A stretch of DNA of 64,000 bases from the human T2T-CHM13v2.0 reference genome, Homo sapiens, in NCBI RefSeq assembly GCF_009914755.1, contig NC_060944.1; one strand, 5' to 3'. The notes beneath the pieces are model-generated. The model did no database searches. It was given only the letters and a program-made list of their open reading frames with translations, and had not been told where the DNA came from. Every line of letters starts with the position of its first letter. Within the stretch, counting starts at the first letter, position 1. This document shows, in pieces, positions 1-12,639 of the stretch. Both the position numbers and the translations under genes were made by a program.

Positions 1-1500
1 TAATAGCTGTGTTGGATGTGAACCAGGGCAGGTTAGAGCTCACCTTTTCCTTGATAAAAAAGATGAATCATTTGTTGGTCCATCATTAACTAAGAAGGAA
101 ACTAGTTGGAAAGAAGAAAAGGATTTTAAAAATATATGAGTAAAATATGGTTTACAGAATACAGACTACATAGATGATAAGATACTGGAGAATCAAAAAT
201 GTAAAGATAGAGCTGGAAAACATAGGGAGCAGATTGGAAGTGAAGGAAATTTCCAAAGAGATGATGCTCCTGCATCTGTTCATTCTGAAATTACTGATGG
301 CGACAAAGGTCAGAAGATGTTGAAAAAGATGTGTTGAAAACAGGAGAAGGCCTGGGGAAGGATGGTGGAAGAATGAAAACTCCAATACAGCTTCAGCTTC
401 GGCAAATACATGCAGGATCGCAGACAGACAAACCATCCTCAATTAAAGAGACTCACCTTCTCCAAAACAAGAACAACAACAACAAGAACAACAACTGGGA
501 CAAAGCACAGGAGAGGTTTGCTGAAAACTTTCCAGAAACTAAACTTCAAAAAGATGACCTAGGAACCATTCCTTGGGTAAAAGGGACTGAGGAGTGAAGG
601 TTAATCACAAAAGAAAACTCAAGCTTTTTTATAAATAGAGTTTGGAAACTCTTATTGCAGAATGTCTCTCCCCCAAAAAGTCAGTGGCACAAGAAAGCTG
701 TGTCATGGTTTACCCCTTCCTGATTCAGAAATGTGTAATAAAATGTGGTTTGCAGCTTTTAAAAAACACTTTTTAAACTAATTATTAGTGACTGAATTAA
801 TTTATACAGTAAGTGAACTAAAGTTCACAGGGCACAGATAAGTTTATCAAACTTTACTATTTTATCTTGTCATTTACAACATCCATATAAGCAATTAGCC
901 ATATAAGCAAAATTCTTATAACCACTTAAATGCTCATTTGTCCTTGTCTCCATATATTCATAGTAGTATGCACAGAAAATACAGCAAAAGAAACATCTAA
1001 ATTCTACAAAAATAAATCTGACAATATACATTCTTGTTTATGCCCTTCAGGACCTAGATAAAAAATATTGAGACAACATGAATAGTGATGCGTATATTTT
1101 CTTATATTTGGAATAGTCTAAATCATATTAAAGAACTAATGAACAGGTGACATGTCACAGAAAATTTGTCTTTTATTGTTTTCTTCGGTGAAGAATCTGA
1201 ATTTGTTGATATATACTATACATTCAGCATTTGTATTTGGTTTGTTTCATAGCTAATGAAATGTTTGTACATGAACAAATGAGTACAGTATTGAAATAGT
1301 TCATGTGCTGGCATTCATACTTTTTATAAATACCATTGCAGGCAATGAAGTTGTGCCAGAAAAATCTGATTTCGAGTGCAAAAGGAATATTTAGCCAGGG
1401 CCTCAAGCTCAATATATTTATTGAAAATGTCCTAAATTGCCATAAAACTTTATAATGTTAAATTATTCATTTCAATAAATTATGAATTAAACAAAAAATA
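1..1500 (+). pseudogene. AGGF1: Processed AGGF1 pseudogene, 3' part (C-terminal coding region with G-patch at 1-597, then 3' UTR)
   Basis: Translation across frameshifts gives GCEPGQVRAHL.LDKKDESFVGP / VKYGLQNT / KDRAGKHREQIGSEGNFQRDDAPASVHSEITD / GEGLGKDGGRMKTPIQLQLR / NWDKAQERFAENFPETKLQKDDLGTIPWVKGTEE*, matching the AGGF1 C-terminus. No introns; in-frame TGA stops and frameshifts. AATAAA near 1474 followed by an A-rich stretch. Runs off the left edge; 3' end approximate. Confidence 0.93.
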
Positions 1501-2717
1501 CAAATGATGTATTTTATGGATCAGAGAAGTGCTAATGAGACAGAATGGCCATTGAAGCCGAAAGGTCTGAATTCAGGTAGATAATTTTACTCATATTAGT
1601 TTTATGTTAGAGAAAACAATGCTTCTGACCATATACTATTTATTGCAGTGGAGTATTTCAAAAATATGTACATAATATATAATTAATTTTCTAATGGTAT
1701 AAAAGTAATCACATTCTACAAATTATTACAATATGGTCTATTGATGAGAGGGGTGTTTCAAATGAAAAACTTGGAATTTCTCATGATGATAGATGCCATA
1801 GAAAATCTATGTAAAATATTTCACTCATGTATGCAACTATGGATATTTCTGCTTTTCAGAAAAATAATATACTTTAAAAACCTAATGCAGACAATTAAAA
1901 TCACCAAGAAGTTACAAGAATTCACAGAATGTGTAATATAGTTGAAAGGAAATTAAGAAAACTTCCCAGGACTGGAAGTAAATAAAGGTAATGATCCCGA
2001 GAAGTAATCAACCTAAGAAGCCAGGGCTCCACTCAGATGCGTCTGATTACAAGAATGTCAGGTCCATGTGGGTTGTTCCCTTCTGACAAGGCAAATGGAA
2101 TAAACAAAGAGAAACTGCCTGCAGGCATTGGAATGTGGTGTCTCCCATATGTGAGGATTAAATTATAAATTATGTTGCACACAAGGAGATGAGCTACTGG
2201 GGTGAAGCATCAGAAGAAATTATATGGCACATAAATCTCAGATATTGAATTTATATTTAAATGTTTAAGTCAATATAATGGAGAAACAAGAAACCAAAAT
2301 AATATGGAAAGAAACTACGAGCTTGTCAAGCTATCTTTGGAAAAGAGGCAAATGAAAAGTAAAGTATTGAAAGTGTTGTAAAACAATTTAATGTACAACA
2401 TACAAATGACATATTAAAATAGGCTGAGCCAAAAACAGGGCTAGTAAAGTGAAATGCTGATCACAATTAATGTAGTCGTATATATTATAGAAGGCAAATT
2501 AATAGAAAATATAAATGTATTTATATATGAAGATTAGATTGAGAAGAAATAAAAAGCATTTAATTGTTTTACCAGACTCTCTAAATAGGAAGGCAACAGT
2601 CAAAGAATCAGTGACTCATAAGTTTCAGAAATTGGAAACCAGACACTAATCCTTTAAAAGTTTAGGGTGTAATATATGAAAAAAAGGTAAATTAAGAAAT
2701 ACTTAGAAGAAATAATG

Positions 2718-3756
2718 GTTTGGGTTATTGTGAATACTGCTTAATAAACATGAGAATGCAGTTATCTTTTTTGACATGCTTATTTTGTTTCCTTTTGATA
2801 TAAACCCAGCAATGAGATTGCTGGATCATATGGTAGTTCTATTTATAATTTATTGAAAAACCTCCATACTGTTCTCCCTAGAGAAATGGGAATGATTGTA
2901 CTAATTTACATTCCTACCAACAGTGTATAAGTGCCCATCTACAGAATAAATAAAGAAAATGTTATACACACACACGCACACACACACACACGCACACACA
3001 CACAGGAATAATGTTCAGTCGTAAAACAGAATGAAGTTTTGTCATTTGTGTCAACATGGATGAGCCTAGAGGACATTATGTTAAGTGGAATAAGCCAGGC
3101 ACAGAAAGAAAAAGACCATGTGCTCTCACTCACGTGAAATCTGAAGAAGTCCATCTCATAGAAGTAGACAGTAGGATGGTGGTTACCAGAGGTTAGAGAT
3201 GGCAGAAGGATGAGGGAGTGGGGAGAGCTTTGTCACCGGGTTACAAAGTTACAGTTAGGAAGAATAAATCCTGGTGTTCTATTACACAGCACGATGACTA
3301 TAGCCAATAATAATGTACGTTTATTCTATAATAGCTTGAAGCGAGGATTTTGAACTTTATTAGCAGAAGGAAATAAATGTTTAAAGTGTTAAATATGCTA
3401 ATTACTCTGGTTGGATCACTGTACAGTGTATATGGGTACAATGTGATGCAGTGAAACATCATATAATTAATATAATTTTACATGTTTGTGGAGTACAGTG
3501 TGATGCATCACACTGTACCATGTAGTATGATGCAGTGAAACATCATGTAATTAACACATGATAGTTATATGTGTTTACGGAGTACAATGTTATGTTTCAC
3601 TGCATCTCACTCTACCGTATAGTATAATGCAGAGGAACATCATAATTAACATATGATAATTATACATGTTTACAGAGTACACTGTGATGTTTCACTGCAT
3701 CACACTGTACCATGTAGTATGATGCAGTGAAACATCACACTGTACCCCATAAATAT
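2718..3756 (+). mobile_element. L1MA-type LINE-1 3' fragment with 5' inversion (2718-2932 antisense, 2933-3756 sense)
   Basis: Antisense ORF2-end sequence joins sense sequence (aagtgcccatctacaga...gaggacattatgttaagtggaataagccaggcacagaaag...cactgtaccccataaatat) typical of L1MA 3' UTRs; internal (CA)n at ~2964-3004. Confidence 0.8.
3420..3745. repeat. Palindromic tandem expansion inside the L1MA tail
   Basis: Repeated gatgcagtgaaacatca and its reverse complement; 26-bp stem with 1 mismatch at 3677-3702 / 3720-3745. Confidence 0.85.
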
Positions 3757-3962
3757 TACTGGTTCAGCAGGGAACTGTGGGACATAGAGCAGCTCTGGGT
3801 TAGCCATGACCAGCAGCTTCACCTGTATGGGGTAGCGAGAGGGGAAGGGCCCTGTGCTCGGCTGAGAGTTGACCCCTGACCACATCCACTTTGACTGCTA
3901 GGTGCCAGCAGAGCTCAGGGACGCCTAACTTCAGGCAGAGGCAGGAAGCAAGGTCATTACCT

Positions 3963-4058
3963 GGTTTTTTTTGTTTTTTTTTTTGTTGTTTTTTTTGAGA
4001 GAGTCTCACTCTATCGCCCAGGCTGGAGTGCAGTGGTGCGATCTCGGCTCACTGCAAC
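3963..4058 (-). mobile_element. Truncated Alu (3' ~95 bp only)
   Basis: Poly-T followed by gagtctcactctatcgcccaggctggagtgcagtggtgcgatctcggctcactgcaac, ending abruptly. Confidence 0.9.
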
Positions 4059-4060
4059 GT

Positions 4061-7000
4061 ACATAGAGGTGTACATCAGAATCACACCTGCAGGAAGGTC
4101 CCTGGATGAGATTAACAATCCCACATAGAGGTGTACATGAGAATCTCGCCTGCAGGAAGGTCCCTGGGTGAGATTAACAATCCCACATAAATGCCGGTTC
4201 TGGGTATGAGAGTCAAGGCCTCCTGTATGTTGCATGTATGTACATAAGTCACAATCTCAATGGTGGAATGGATTTTTCCATGAGAGCCTTAATGCCTTTT
4301 GAAAATTGAGTTATCTTAGTGGAGTCACAGCCTCACAAGTGTTTTGGATCTTGGTCAGGGAGTCACAAACCCACTTGTGGACAACATCCACTTATGAGAG
4401 CCAAATTTCCAACTTTTGACTGTCTCTGGGTGTGAGATTCAGAACCTCAATTATGGGCTGTGTCCATGTGGGAGAATGATAATTTTTACTGATGGCTGGG
4501 CTCAGGCAGGAGCCTTTCATCCTGCAGGCTTTGAGATAAATGATACATCACAGTACCCAAAATATGCTGGGTGCAGGCAAAAGAGGAGAGTCATATTAGC
4601 TGGTTGCTAGGTCCAGTCATATGTCACCACCTCTGTTTTTGGCAGGGCTAAGGCAGAAGAGGAGAGTCAGAGCTAAAGAAATGTCACAATGTTCCTGTGG
4701 GTAGGGCCTATGCATAAGAATTGCACCACCTAGTCATTGAACCCAGCCATATATTACAATACACAATGTATACAGGGCCCAGGCAAGAAAGGAGAGTATA
4801 TCACATAGGTACTGGGTCCAGCAATGTGTCACAATACCACCTGAGGGGAGGCTCCAGGCAACAGGGTAACATTACCTAAGTGAAGTGCCCAGAGAGATGT
4901 TTCAATGCCCCTGGTGGGTAGGATTTTGAAAAAGGAGAAGTTACATAACCTAGGGGCCAGGCCTAGCTGTGTGTCACACTCATCTCCAAGATGGAGCCCA
5001 GACATGAGAGAAAAGTCACATCATGTAGGTACTGTGCAAAGTAATATGTCACAATCCTTATGTGAGCAGGCCCTAGGAAGAAGTAGAGAGTCACATAGTC
5101 TAGATGATGGGCCCAGAGGTATTTGACAATGACTGCTGTAGGTAGGGACCAGGCAGAATAATCACTTCACCTGTGTGCCGTGCCCAGTTATAAGTCACAC
5201 TTCCCTCTGTGGGCATGACCGAGGCAGGGAGAAGAGTCACATCATCCTGGTGCTTTGCCCAAAGATATGTCACAATCTCTCCTGTGGGCAATGCTCAGGT
5301 GAGAGAGGAGAGTCACATCAAATAGGTAGTGGACACAGAAGTATGTCACAAGGCCTTCTGTGAACTTGATCCAGGCAGAAGATTCACATCAACTTGGTGC
5401 TAAGCCCAGCAACATGTCACAATCCCTTCTGTGTGAAGGGACCAGAAAGGAAAAGAGAATCACATTACCTGGCCAGTGAGCACAGAGATCTGTCACAGTG
5501 CCCCTTGTAGGCAGGGCCCAGGCAGAGGAGTTACATCAACTGGGTAGCGGACCCAGCAATATACCACAGTGTCCCATATGGGCACAAGCTGGAGAGTCAC
5601 ATAACCTGGGTGCCAGGCCAAGCTATATAGAACAACGCTTCCTGTGGGCAGCGCCAAGACAGAAGAGAAGACTCACATCGCCTGGGTGCAAGGTCTAGCG
5701 ATATGTCAAAATGCTCACTGTGGGCAGTGCCAAGGAAGGAGAATAGAGTTACACCCTCAAGGTGCTGGATCCAGCAATATGTTAATATTCCATCTGTGGG
5801 CTGGGTCCATGCAAGAGCGTCAAGTCACTCAGGTGCTAGGCACTGGGAAATTTCATCATGAAACCTGCAGAATGGTCCGGGAATGAGATTAACAATCCCA
5901 CAACTGTCACAGTTGTAGGCATGACATTCAACACCTCTTGTATGTTGGGTCTAAGCCCACGAGTAACCATCTCAACAACAGACTGGATTTGTACATGACA
6001 GCCTCAATTCCTCTGCAGACTGAAGTCACAGCCTCACAGTTATGTTGAATCTTGGTCTGAGAGTCACCAACCCATGAGTATCCATATATAAGTCAATTTT
6101 TCCCACCTTTGACTGACTACAGGTGTGAGATTCAGAACCTCAACAGTGACCTGTGTTCCTGTGAGAGGATGAGAATATTTACTGTTGGCTGGGTGTGCAT
6201 ATGAGTGCCACAATCTCACCTGTGTGCTCGGCCCAGTTAGCAATCTCTGTGTACTACCCAATGGCGCTATACAGTATGAATGAGAGTTGCAATCAACTTT
6301 GAGACCTTCCTGCTGGTAGGGACCCGTAATCGTACCTGTGGCATTAAGCCCGGGTATGAGAGTCAACGTCATTACAATTAACTAGGTCAGGATAGGAGAC
6401 TCCTCCCTTATCTATAAGCTGGGCTTAGAAATGACCCACCATTTCAACTCTGGTTGAATATTTATACGTGAACACGGGCCTAGCACCAAGGTGATGTGAG
6501 TCTTTGGCCTAGCAGGAGGCAACGTGACATATCTCTCTGCCTAACAACTATTTGATGTGAACTGCTTTTTCACCTGAGCTTTTCCCGTAAAAGAGACGTG
6601 ACATATGTCTAGACCCAGCACCTAGGTGATGTGGCTCTCCTTTTTTGACTAAGCCCTGTGTATTTTGGGTATTCTGACATATCCCTGGACCTAACATCTG
6701 GAAGATAAGAAGATCCAGTATGGGCCCTGTCTAAAAAGTTTCATGTGACATATTTCTATGTTAATCACCTTGGAGATGTGACTCTCCTCTCTTACCTGGG
6801 CTTTGCCCATAAGAGAGATTGTTACGTACCTCTGCAGGAAACACCTAAATGCTGTGACTCTTCTTTCTTGCCTGGGTCATGCCCACAGATGAAAGGGTGG
6901 CTTATTGCTGTGTCCAGCACACCGGTTATGTGATTATTCTGCCTGATCTCTGCTCACAGGAGCCATTGTGACATATCCCTGGGCCCAGAAACTATTTAAT

Positions 7001-7131
7001 ATGACTCTCCTCTATTACTTTAACTTTGTGCATAGGATAAATTGTGATGTATCTCTGGGTCCAGCACCTAGGTGATGTGACTGCTTTTCTGCATGGACTA
7101 TGCCCACAGGAAGGAGGCTGATTTATTGCTG
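4061..7131. repeat. Diverged beta-satellite (68-bp BSR/Sau3A family) block with interspersed spacer units; forward ~4520-5860, inverted ~6480-7131
   Basis: ~68-70-bp monomers such as gagatctgtcacagtgccccttgtaggcagggcccaggcagaggagttacatcaactgggt resemble the beta-satellite consensus. Reverse-complement monomers (gtgacatatc...cacctaggtgatgtgact) appear after ~6480. Confidence 0.8.
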
Positions 7132-7511
7132 TGTTGAGAGCTGATGTGATACCTCGGTCCTTGTCTTCTTAGTTTATAACAATTTAAACAAAAGACACAC
7201 AGAAAAGAAGTACAGCATAATTTATTGGAAAAGAAAACAAAATTTTTGAAAGTTAAGTGCATAATACAGTACACCGTGAGAGAGATATTCTAGGGCGGGC
7301 TGCTCATAAGAGTGAGACAGCGTGGATTGTCGCTGGCGAAACCCCCTTATGGGAGTTTTACATTATTATTAATAAGGAGGGGGGAAGAGGAGCTGCTAGT
7401 AAGCCTGTTCTGAGTGGTCTTCTGGGTGCACATGTGCAGTAGCTGTACATGCTTATTCATATTTTGCATGTCTCATTAGCATCTTAGACCTCTAGCCAGG
7501 AGTGTATTTTT

Positions 7512-7805
7512 GTTTGTTTGCTTGAGACAGAGTCTTGCTCTGTTGCCCAGGCTGGAGTGTGGTGGTGCAATCTCTGCTCACTGCAACCTCTGCCTCCCGA
7601 GTTCAAGCCATTCTCGTGCCTCAGACTCCTGAGTAGCTGGGATTACAGGCATGCACCACCATACCTGGCTAATTTTTGTATTTTTAGTTGAGATGGGGTT
7701 TCACTATGTTGGCCAGTCTAGTCTTGAGCTTCTGGTTTCAAGCAATCCATTCTTCTCAGCCTCCCAAAGTGCTGGGAGTACAAGTGTGAGCCACTGTGCC
7801 CATCT
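7512..7805 (-). mobile_element. Alu inserted in the ERV 3' LTR
   Basis: Dimeric Alu on the minus strand with flanking gtgtattttt duplication. Confidence 0.92.
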
Positions 7806-7986
7806 GGGGGGTGTATTTTTTGCTATTAAAATAAGCAAAAGTTAAGTTTGAGGACAGGTAAAATCAAAATGCACATGCTCTCTAGAACAGAAAGTCCTTA
7901 ATGAAGATAGCTTTGCTTGAATGAGCCCAATTACAATGCGAATGCTAAGGCTCATTGTGTTGGCTGTACAGTCACCACAGTTTCAT

Positions 7987-8940
7987 TGAAGGGGTGGCCT
8001 ACCCCTCCACACCTGTGGGTGTTTCTCATCAGGTGGAATGAGAGACTGAGAAAAGAAAGAGACACAGAGACAAAGTATAGAGAAAGAAAAGACCAGCGCC
8101 CAGCATACAGAGGACCCATGCCGGCACTGGTCTCTGAGTTCCCTCAGTATTTATTGATCACTATTTCTACCATCTTGGAGAGGGGGATGTGGCAGGACAC
8201 TAGGGTAATAGTGGGGAGAGGGTCAGCAGGAAAACATGTGAACAAATGTCTCTGTGTCATAAACAAGGTTAGAAAAGGTGCTGTGCCTTGATGTGCATGT
8301 ATACAAACATCTCCGTGCATTAAAAAGAGTATTGCCACCAGCATGTCTCAACTCCAGCCCTAAGGCGGTTTCCTCCTGTCTCAGTAAATAGAACATACAA
8401 TCGGGTTTTACGCTGAGACATTCCATTGCCTAAGGATGAGCAGGAGACAGATGCCTTCCTCTTATCTCAACTGCAAATAGGCCTTCCTCTTTTGCTAATC
8501 CTCCTCAGCACAGACAGTTTATGGGTGTCCGGCTGGGGGATGGTCAAGTCTTTACCTTCCCAGGAGGCCATATTTCAGACTATCACATGGGGAGAAACCT
8601 TGGATAATACCTGGCTTTCCTAGACAGAGGTCCCTGTGGCCTTCCACAGTGTATTGTGTCCCTGGGTACTTGAGATTAAAGAGTGGTGATGAAATTTAAC
8701 AAGCATACTGCCTTCAAGCACTTTTTTAACAAAGCACGTTCTGCATAGCCCTAAATCCATTAAACCTTGAGTCAACACAGCACAAGTCTCTGTGAGCACA
8801 GGGTTGGGGCTAGGGTTACAGATTAACAGCATCTCAAGGCAGAAGAATTTTTCTTAGTACAGAGCAAAATGGAGTCTCTTATGTCTACTTCTTTCTACAG
8901 AGACACAGTAACAGTCTGATCTCTCTTTCTTTTCCCCACA
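7987..8940 (-). mobile_element. Solo LTR5 (HERV-K HML-2, LTR5A/B-like)
   Basis: Minus strand starts TGTGGGGAAAAGAAAGAGAGATCAGACTGTTACTGTGTCT and ends GGTAGGCCACCCCTTCA; 954 bp; imperfect flanks tttcat/tttctg. Confidence 0.9.
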
Positions 8941-11900
8941 TTTCTGTAACCCGAGATCATGGTCATTTTCTTGACTATCTATTCTGATCTATTCTGCCTC
9001 AGTTTCCCCCTAAGAGATCTTAGAGTCATAATCATATTGGACATTGAGGGGCTAGGTCACTTTTTCTGGAGCTGTTTCCTGATGAGTGGGTGATATTTCT
9101 GCCTAGTCTGGGCCCTAAAGTTTCTTCCTGTGTGATCTAACCGGGTGTAAACCATGTAATTGTGGAACCAGTGGGCAAGATGTTGACAGCCAAATGTTGA
9201 AAGCCTTGCAAAACAATCATGCAAACATGGAGTTGCTATAAGCAAGAGAGCAAGGAATCAGTTAACATTTTAAACAAAATTGGAACAAAAGTAAAAGCTA
9301 AAAGTATAGTAATGACTGTTACTATTAAAGAAAGTAAGGCAGGTAATAGACATTGCTTTCATGTTCCCATGGAAGTTCCTAGAGATTCAATTTTGTCTGC
9401 CTGGGTGATGATATTATTAATATTTTCTTGGACTAAACCGGGCTGATTGATCTCAAAAACAGAATTGTTCTTTTAGATATAAACATTTTCCTCTTTGCCC
9501 GGCTGGGAGAAGATCCCAGGCTCTTTGCTTTTGTCGATCTACAGTGGCCATGGAGTCCAGACGTTGTTGAAGTCTATTGAGGCCCTCTGCTGCTTGTTGC
9601 GGACCCATTGAGGTTTTCTGAGATAGTTTATACTGGATTCCCAAGGCTCCACCTTACGGTGACATTTATGCTGCAAAAGTATTTTGCATTAAAATGGTGA
9701 GAGCAACAAATGTTTTAAGTATTTTCTATTTTTTTGCTAATAAGCAAAATTTTGTGCAGCTGAGTTGGCAGCAGTCATTGGGTCCATTTATGGATGGTGA
9801 AGTTGAATGGTGGTCAAAGTTAGAGCCTGGAAGCCTTCAGTAAATGCGCTGAAGTTGTCTGAGGGCCATAAGAGTTGTTGCTTATATTGGATTAGATCAT
9901 TTATTGAGAGTAGAACAAGCACTCTGATGGTCCTCTCTCCATTTGGGACTTTCTGTAAGGGGAGCAATTTCTCTGGCCCTGGATGGTGTGAAGTCCCACT
10001 GTGAGTAACTGCAGCTGGGCTGGTCTCTATTGTACCTGGCAAAGGCCAATAGAGAGGAGCATAAGGAGGAGGTGAAACAAGCTTAGATTCTACAGAAGAC
10101 TCTGATAGTGTGGGGATGCTGGGGATTCTAAAGGAGGTGTAGGCCCCTGAGGGCCCCTGTCTGGAGCTGGTGTTGGGCTGTGGGGTCTGGGGTCCCTTCC
10201 CCTTAATAAGAGATGATCTTCCAATTGTTCTGAGGGGCTTTCTGGCTTACTAGGCTTTAGCCTACAGGTGCTGCATAGAGCTGGATTTTGTTGTCAGGCC
10301 AGAAAGGCTTGCACATAGGATACTTAAGACCATTTTCCCTGATTATTACAGAAAAGATCTAGCTGTAGGATGGAGTTAAAGTTCACAGTCTCATTCTCCA
10401 GCCATGTTTTGTCAGCTAATCTGTAGGCAGGCAAAATAGTGTTACAAAAGAAGATAAGGTTTTCTTTTTTCTAAGTTCATTTAGCCAAAAGCTGTTCTAA
10501 TTTTTAGATATACATCCCAGGGATGTTTCAGTGACAGTAAAGGAAGCGGCTCCCACGGTGCCGAGAGAATCCTGCAACGACAGAACATTTACTGAAGTCC
10601 AGGAGGCTGTGGGCATCCCCATGAGCCAAGTGGAACCACCAAGGTGTCCAGCGCATCCCCTTGAAACCCCATTAACTGAAGCTCTAGGAGGTCATAGGCA
10701 TTTGCCATACACCATCCTATCTACCCCCAGCGGTGGACATCTCCAGCCCTACCGAGATGACCCCCACTGCGGGCTGGGGGGCAGATGTCTGGCTAACAAG
10801 CCTTGCCCTAATTCACTGGTTTGTCATTTGTGATGCCCAATTACAACATCTGGAATGCTCAGATGCAATCCCTACGACTAGGCATCTGCATGACTGTGCA
10901 TCTTTTGTTCAGCAAAGAAAGCCTGCTGGAGAACAATTTCAAGGAGGTGGGAAATGCATAAAGCCTGAAGGGACAGGGTTCTCTTAATGTGCTGCTCAAA
11001 ACAAAACAAACATTTTTGTAAACAGAAAACCTGACCAGAAAAATACATTACAATGACCACTAGGTGGCGATGGAGTATTGCTGAAGGGACAGCAAACAAT
11101 AAGCGGAGTCTGAACTGTGGCCAGAAAGATGTGAAACTAAGCGGCAAAGCAGCCCAAATATGAAATATTGAGGGCAACACATGTGGTTAGTGTATTTATC
11201 GATACCACAGAAGCAGCAGCCAAAAGGAGAGCGGACATATATTCTCTCTCTAAAGAATATAGTTGACTTAAAAACGTTTCCCCAAGAACTTTACTGAAAT
11301 AGCACTGGAACAAGCAGCGATAGTTAACCAGGGAGTCTGGAACTGCCATAGTATTCACTGCAAGAAAAGGGAAACTGAAATTAATGAAGCAGACAAAACT
11401 CTCCCCAGGTCATGGTACCAGAAATGTTGATGGCTGATGTAATACCTTGTTTCTTATCTTCTTAGTTTAAGAGACACACAGCAAAAGAAGTACAGCATAA
11501 TTTATTGCAAAAAAAGAGAATATTTTGAAAATTAAGTGCAGAATAGACGGTACGGTCTGAGAAAGAGATTCCAGGGCAGCCTGCTCATAAAAGTGAGACA
11601 GAGCTAATTATTGCTGGAGAAACCCTCTTTATGGGAGTTTTGCATGATTATTCATAAGAAGGTGGAAAGAAGTGTTGCAGAAAGCATGTTCTGACTGGTC
11701 TTCTGGGTGCACAGTGCAGTAGCTGTACACATTTGTGCATACATTGCATGTCTCAGTAGCATCTTAAATCTCCACCCAGGAATGTGTTTTTTACTGTTAA
11801 AATAAACAAAGGGTCAGGTTGAAGACAGATAAAATCAAAATGCAAATGCTTTTTATAAGTAAAAGTCCCTACTGATGATAGCGGGTTTCAAATGACCCCA

Positions 11901-12639
11901 AGTGCTCCACATCTTAAAAGTTGCTCCCATAAAGCTGGAACACTATCTGTTCCTGAGGTATCAGGTCCCATATGTGGCTCCGAGTCACTGGCAAGCCAGG
12001 CCTGACTTGAGATGAGACCATTAATTTCAAGTGTAAAATGCCTAAATAGTCAGCAACTTCAGGTTGCATTTTGGAGCATGTCCACTTAAATGGGTTGATG
12101 AAAATGGCTCACAAGACTCACGCCTCGGAGTCTTAGCAGATTTTGTGCGACCCAATAATTAACCTTCTGATGACTAGACTTTCACAGTTGTGAAAAAGGC
12201 GACTTTGAGAGTGACATTTCCAGGAAGCCACAGCCCTTGTCACCCCCTGCAGAGCTCTGAAGCTGCTCACAAGCAGGCCAGGTGAAAGATTTCTCTCAAA
12301 AACGGTTAAGTGCATGCTCTGGCTAGAGAAAAATGAGGGTTGCGGCACAATCGACTGTGTCTCAGACATCAGGAAAGTTTCCACAGCAGTTTAGGAAAGA
12401 AGGCAGCGCCTAGGGCTGCAGAAGACGTAATGCTCTGGAAAGAACCCTGGGTGCAATTGAAAGAGGAACCTGAGAAGGATAGGCTCAATCGGGTGAGGAC
12501 AAACCGGCCATTTGGGAAAAGGGAAGGTGTCTTCGTAGGGTAATACCCTCCTCAATGCCCAGCCCAGACCTGCCCTCCAGGTGCACCTGTGTACTCACTC
12601 TCCTTGCAAAGAGTTGGCATAGCATAAGAACTCAGGAGT

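Larger units (their letters stand above)
7132..11900 (-). mobile_element. ERV1 (MER4-group / HERV-H,F-related) provirus, internally deleted: 5' LTR 11425-~11900 (truncated), gag and env remnants, 3' LTR 7132-9001 (interrupted)
   Basis: Two related LTR copies start with tgttga..gctgatgt at 7132 and 11425. PBS-like tggtaccatgacctgggg at 11403-11420; polypurine tract just right of 9001. Gag matrix motif NFNSILQLDLFC..GKWS*VSYVQAFLAL (~10295-10410), capsid start LLPLQKVP..RV.V..SINDL (ORF 9788-10042), env TM immunosuppressive/CX6CC-like region (ORF 9453-9644). Confidence 0.82.

Noticed and set aside
3757-3962. GC-richer island with short ORFs; considered as a CLUH-pseudogene fragment
   Set aside because: No frame gave a recognisable match to CLUH or any other protein I know; left unannotated.
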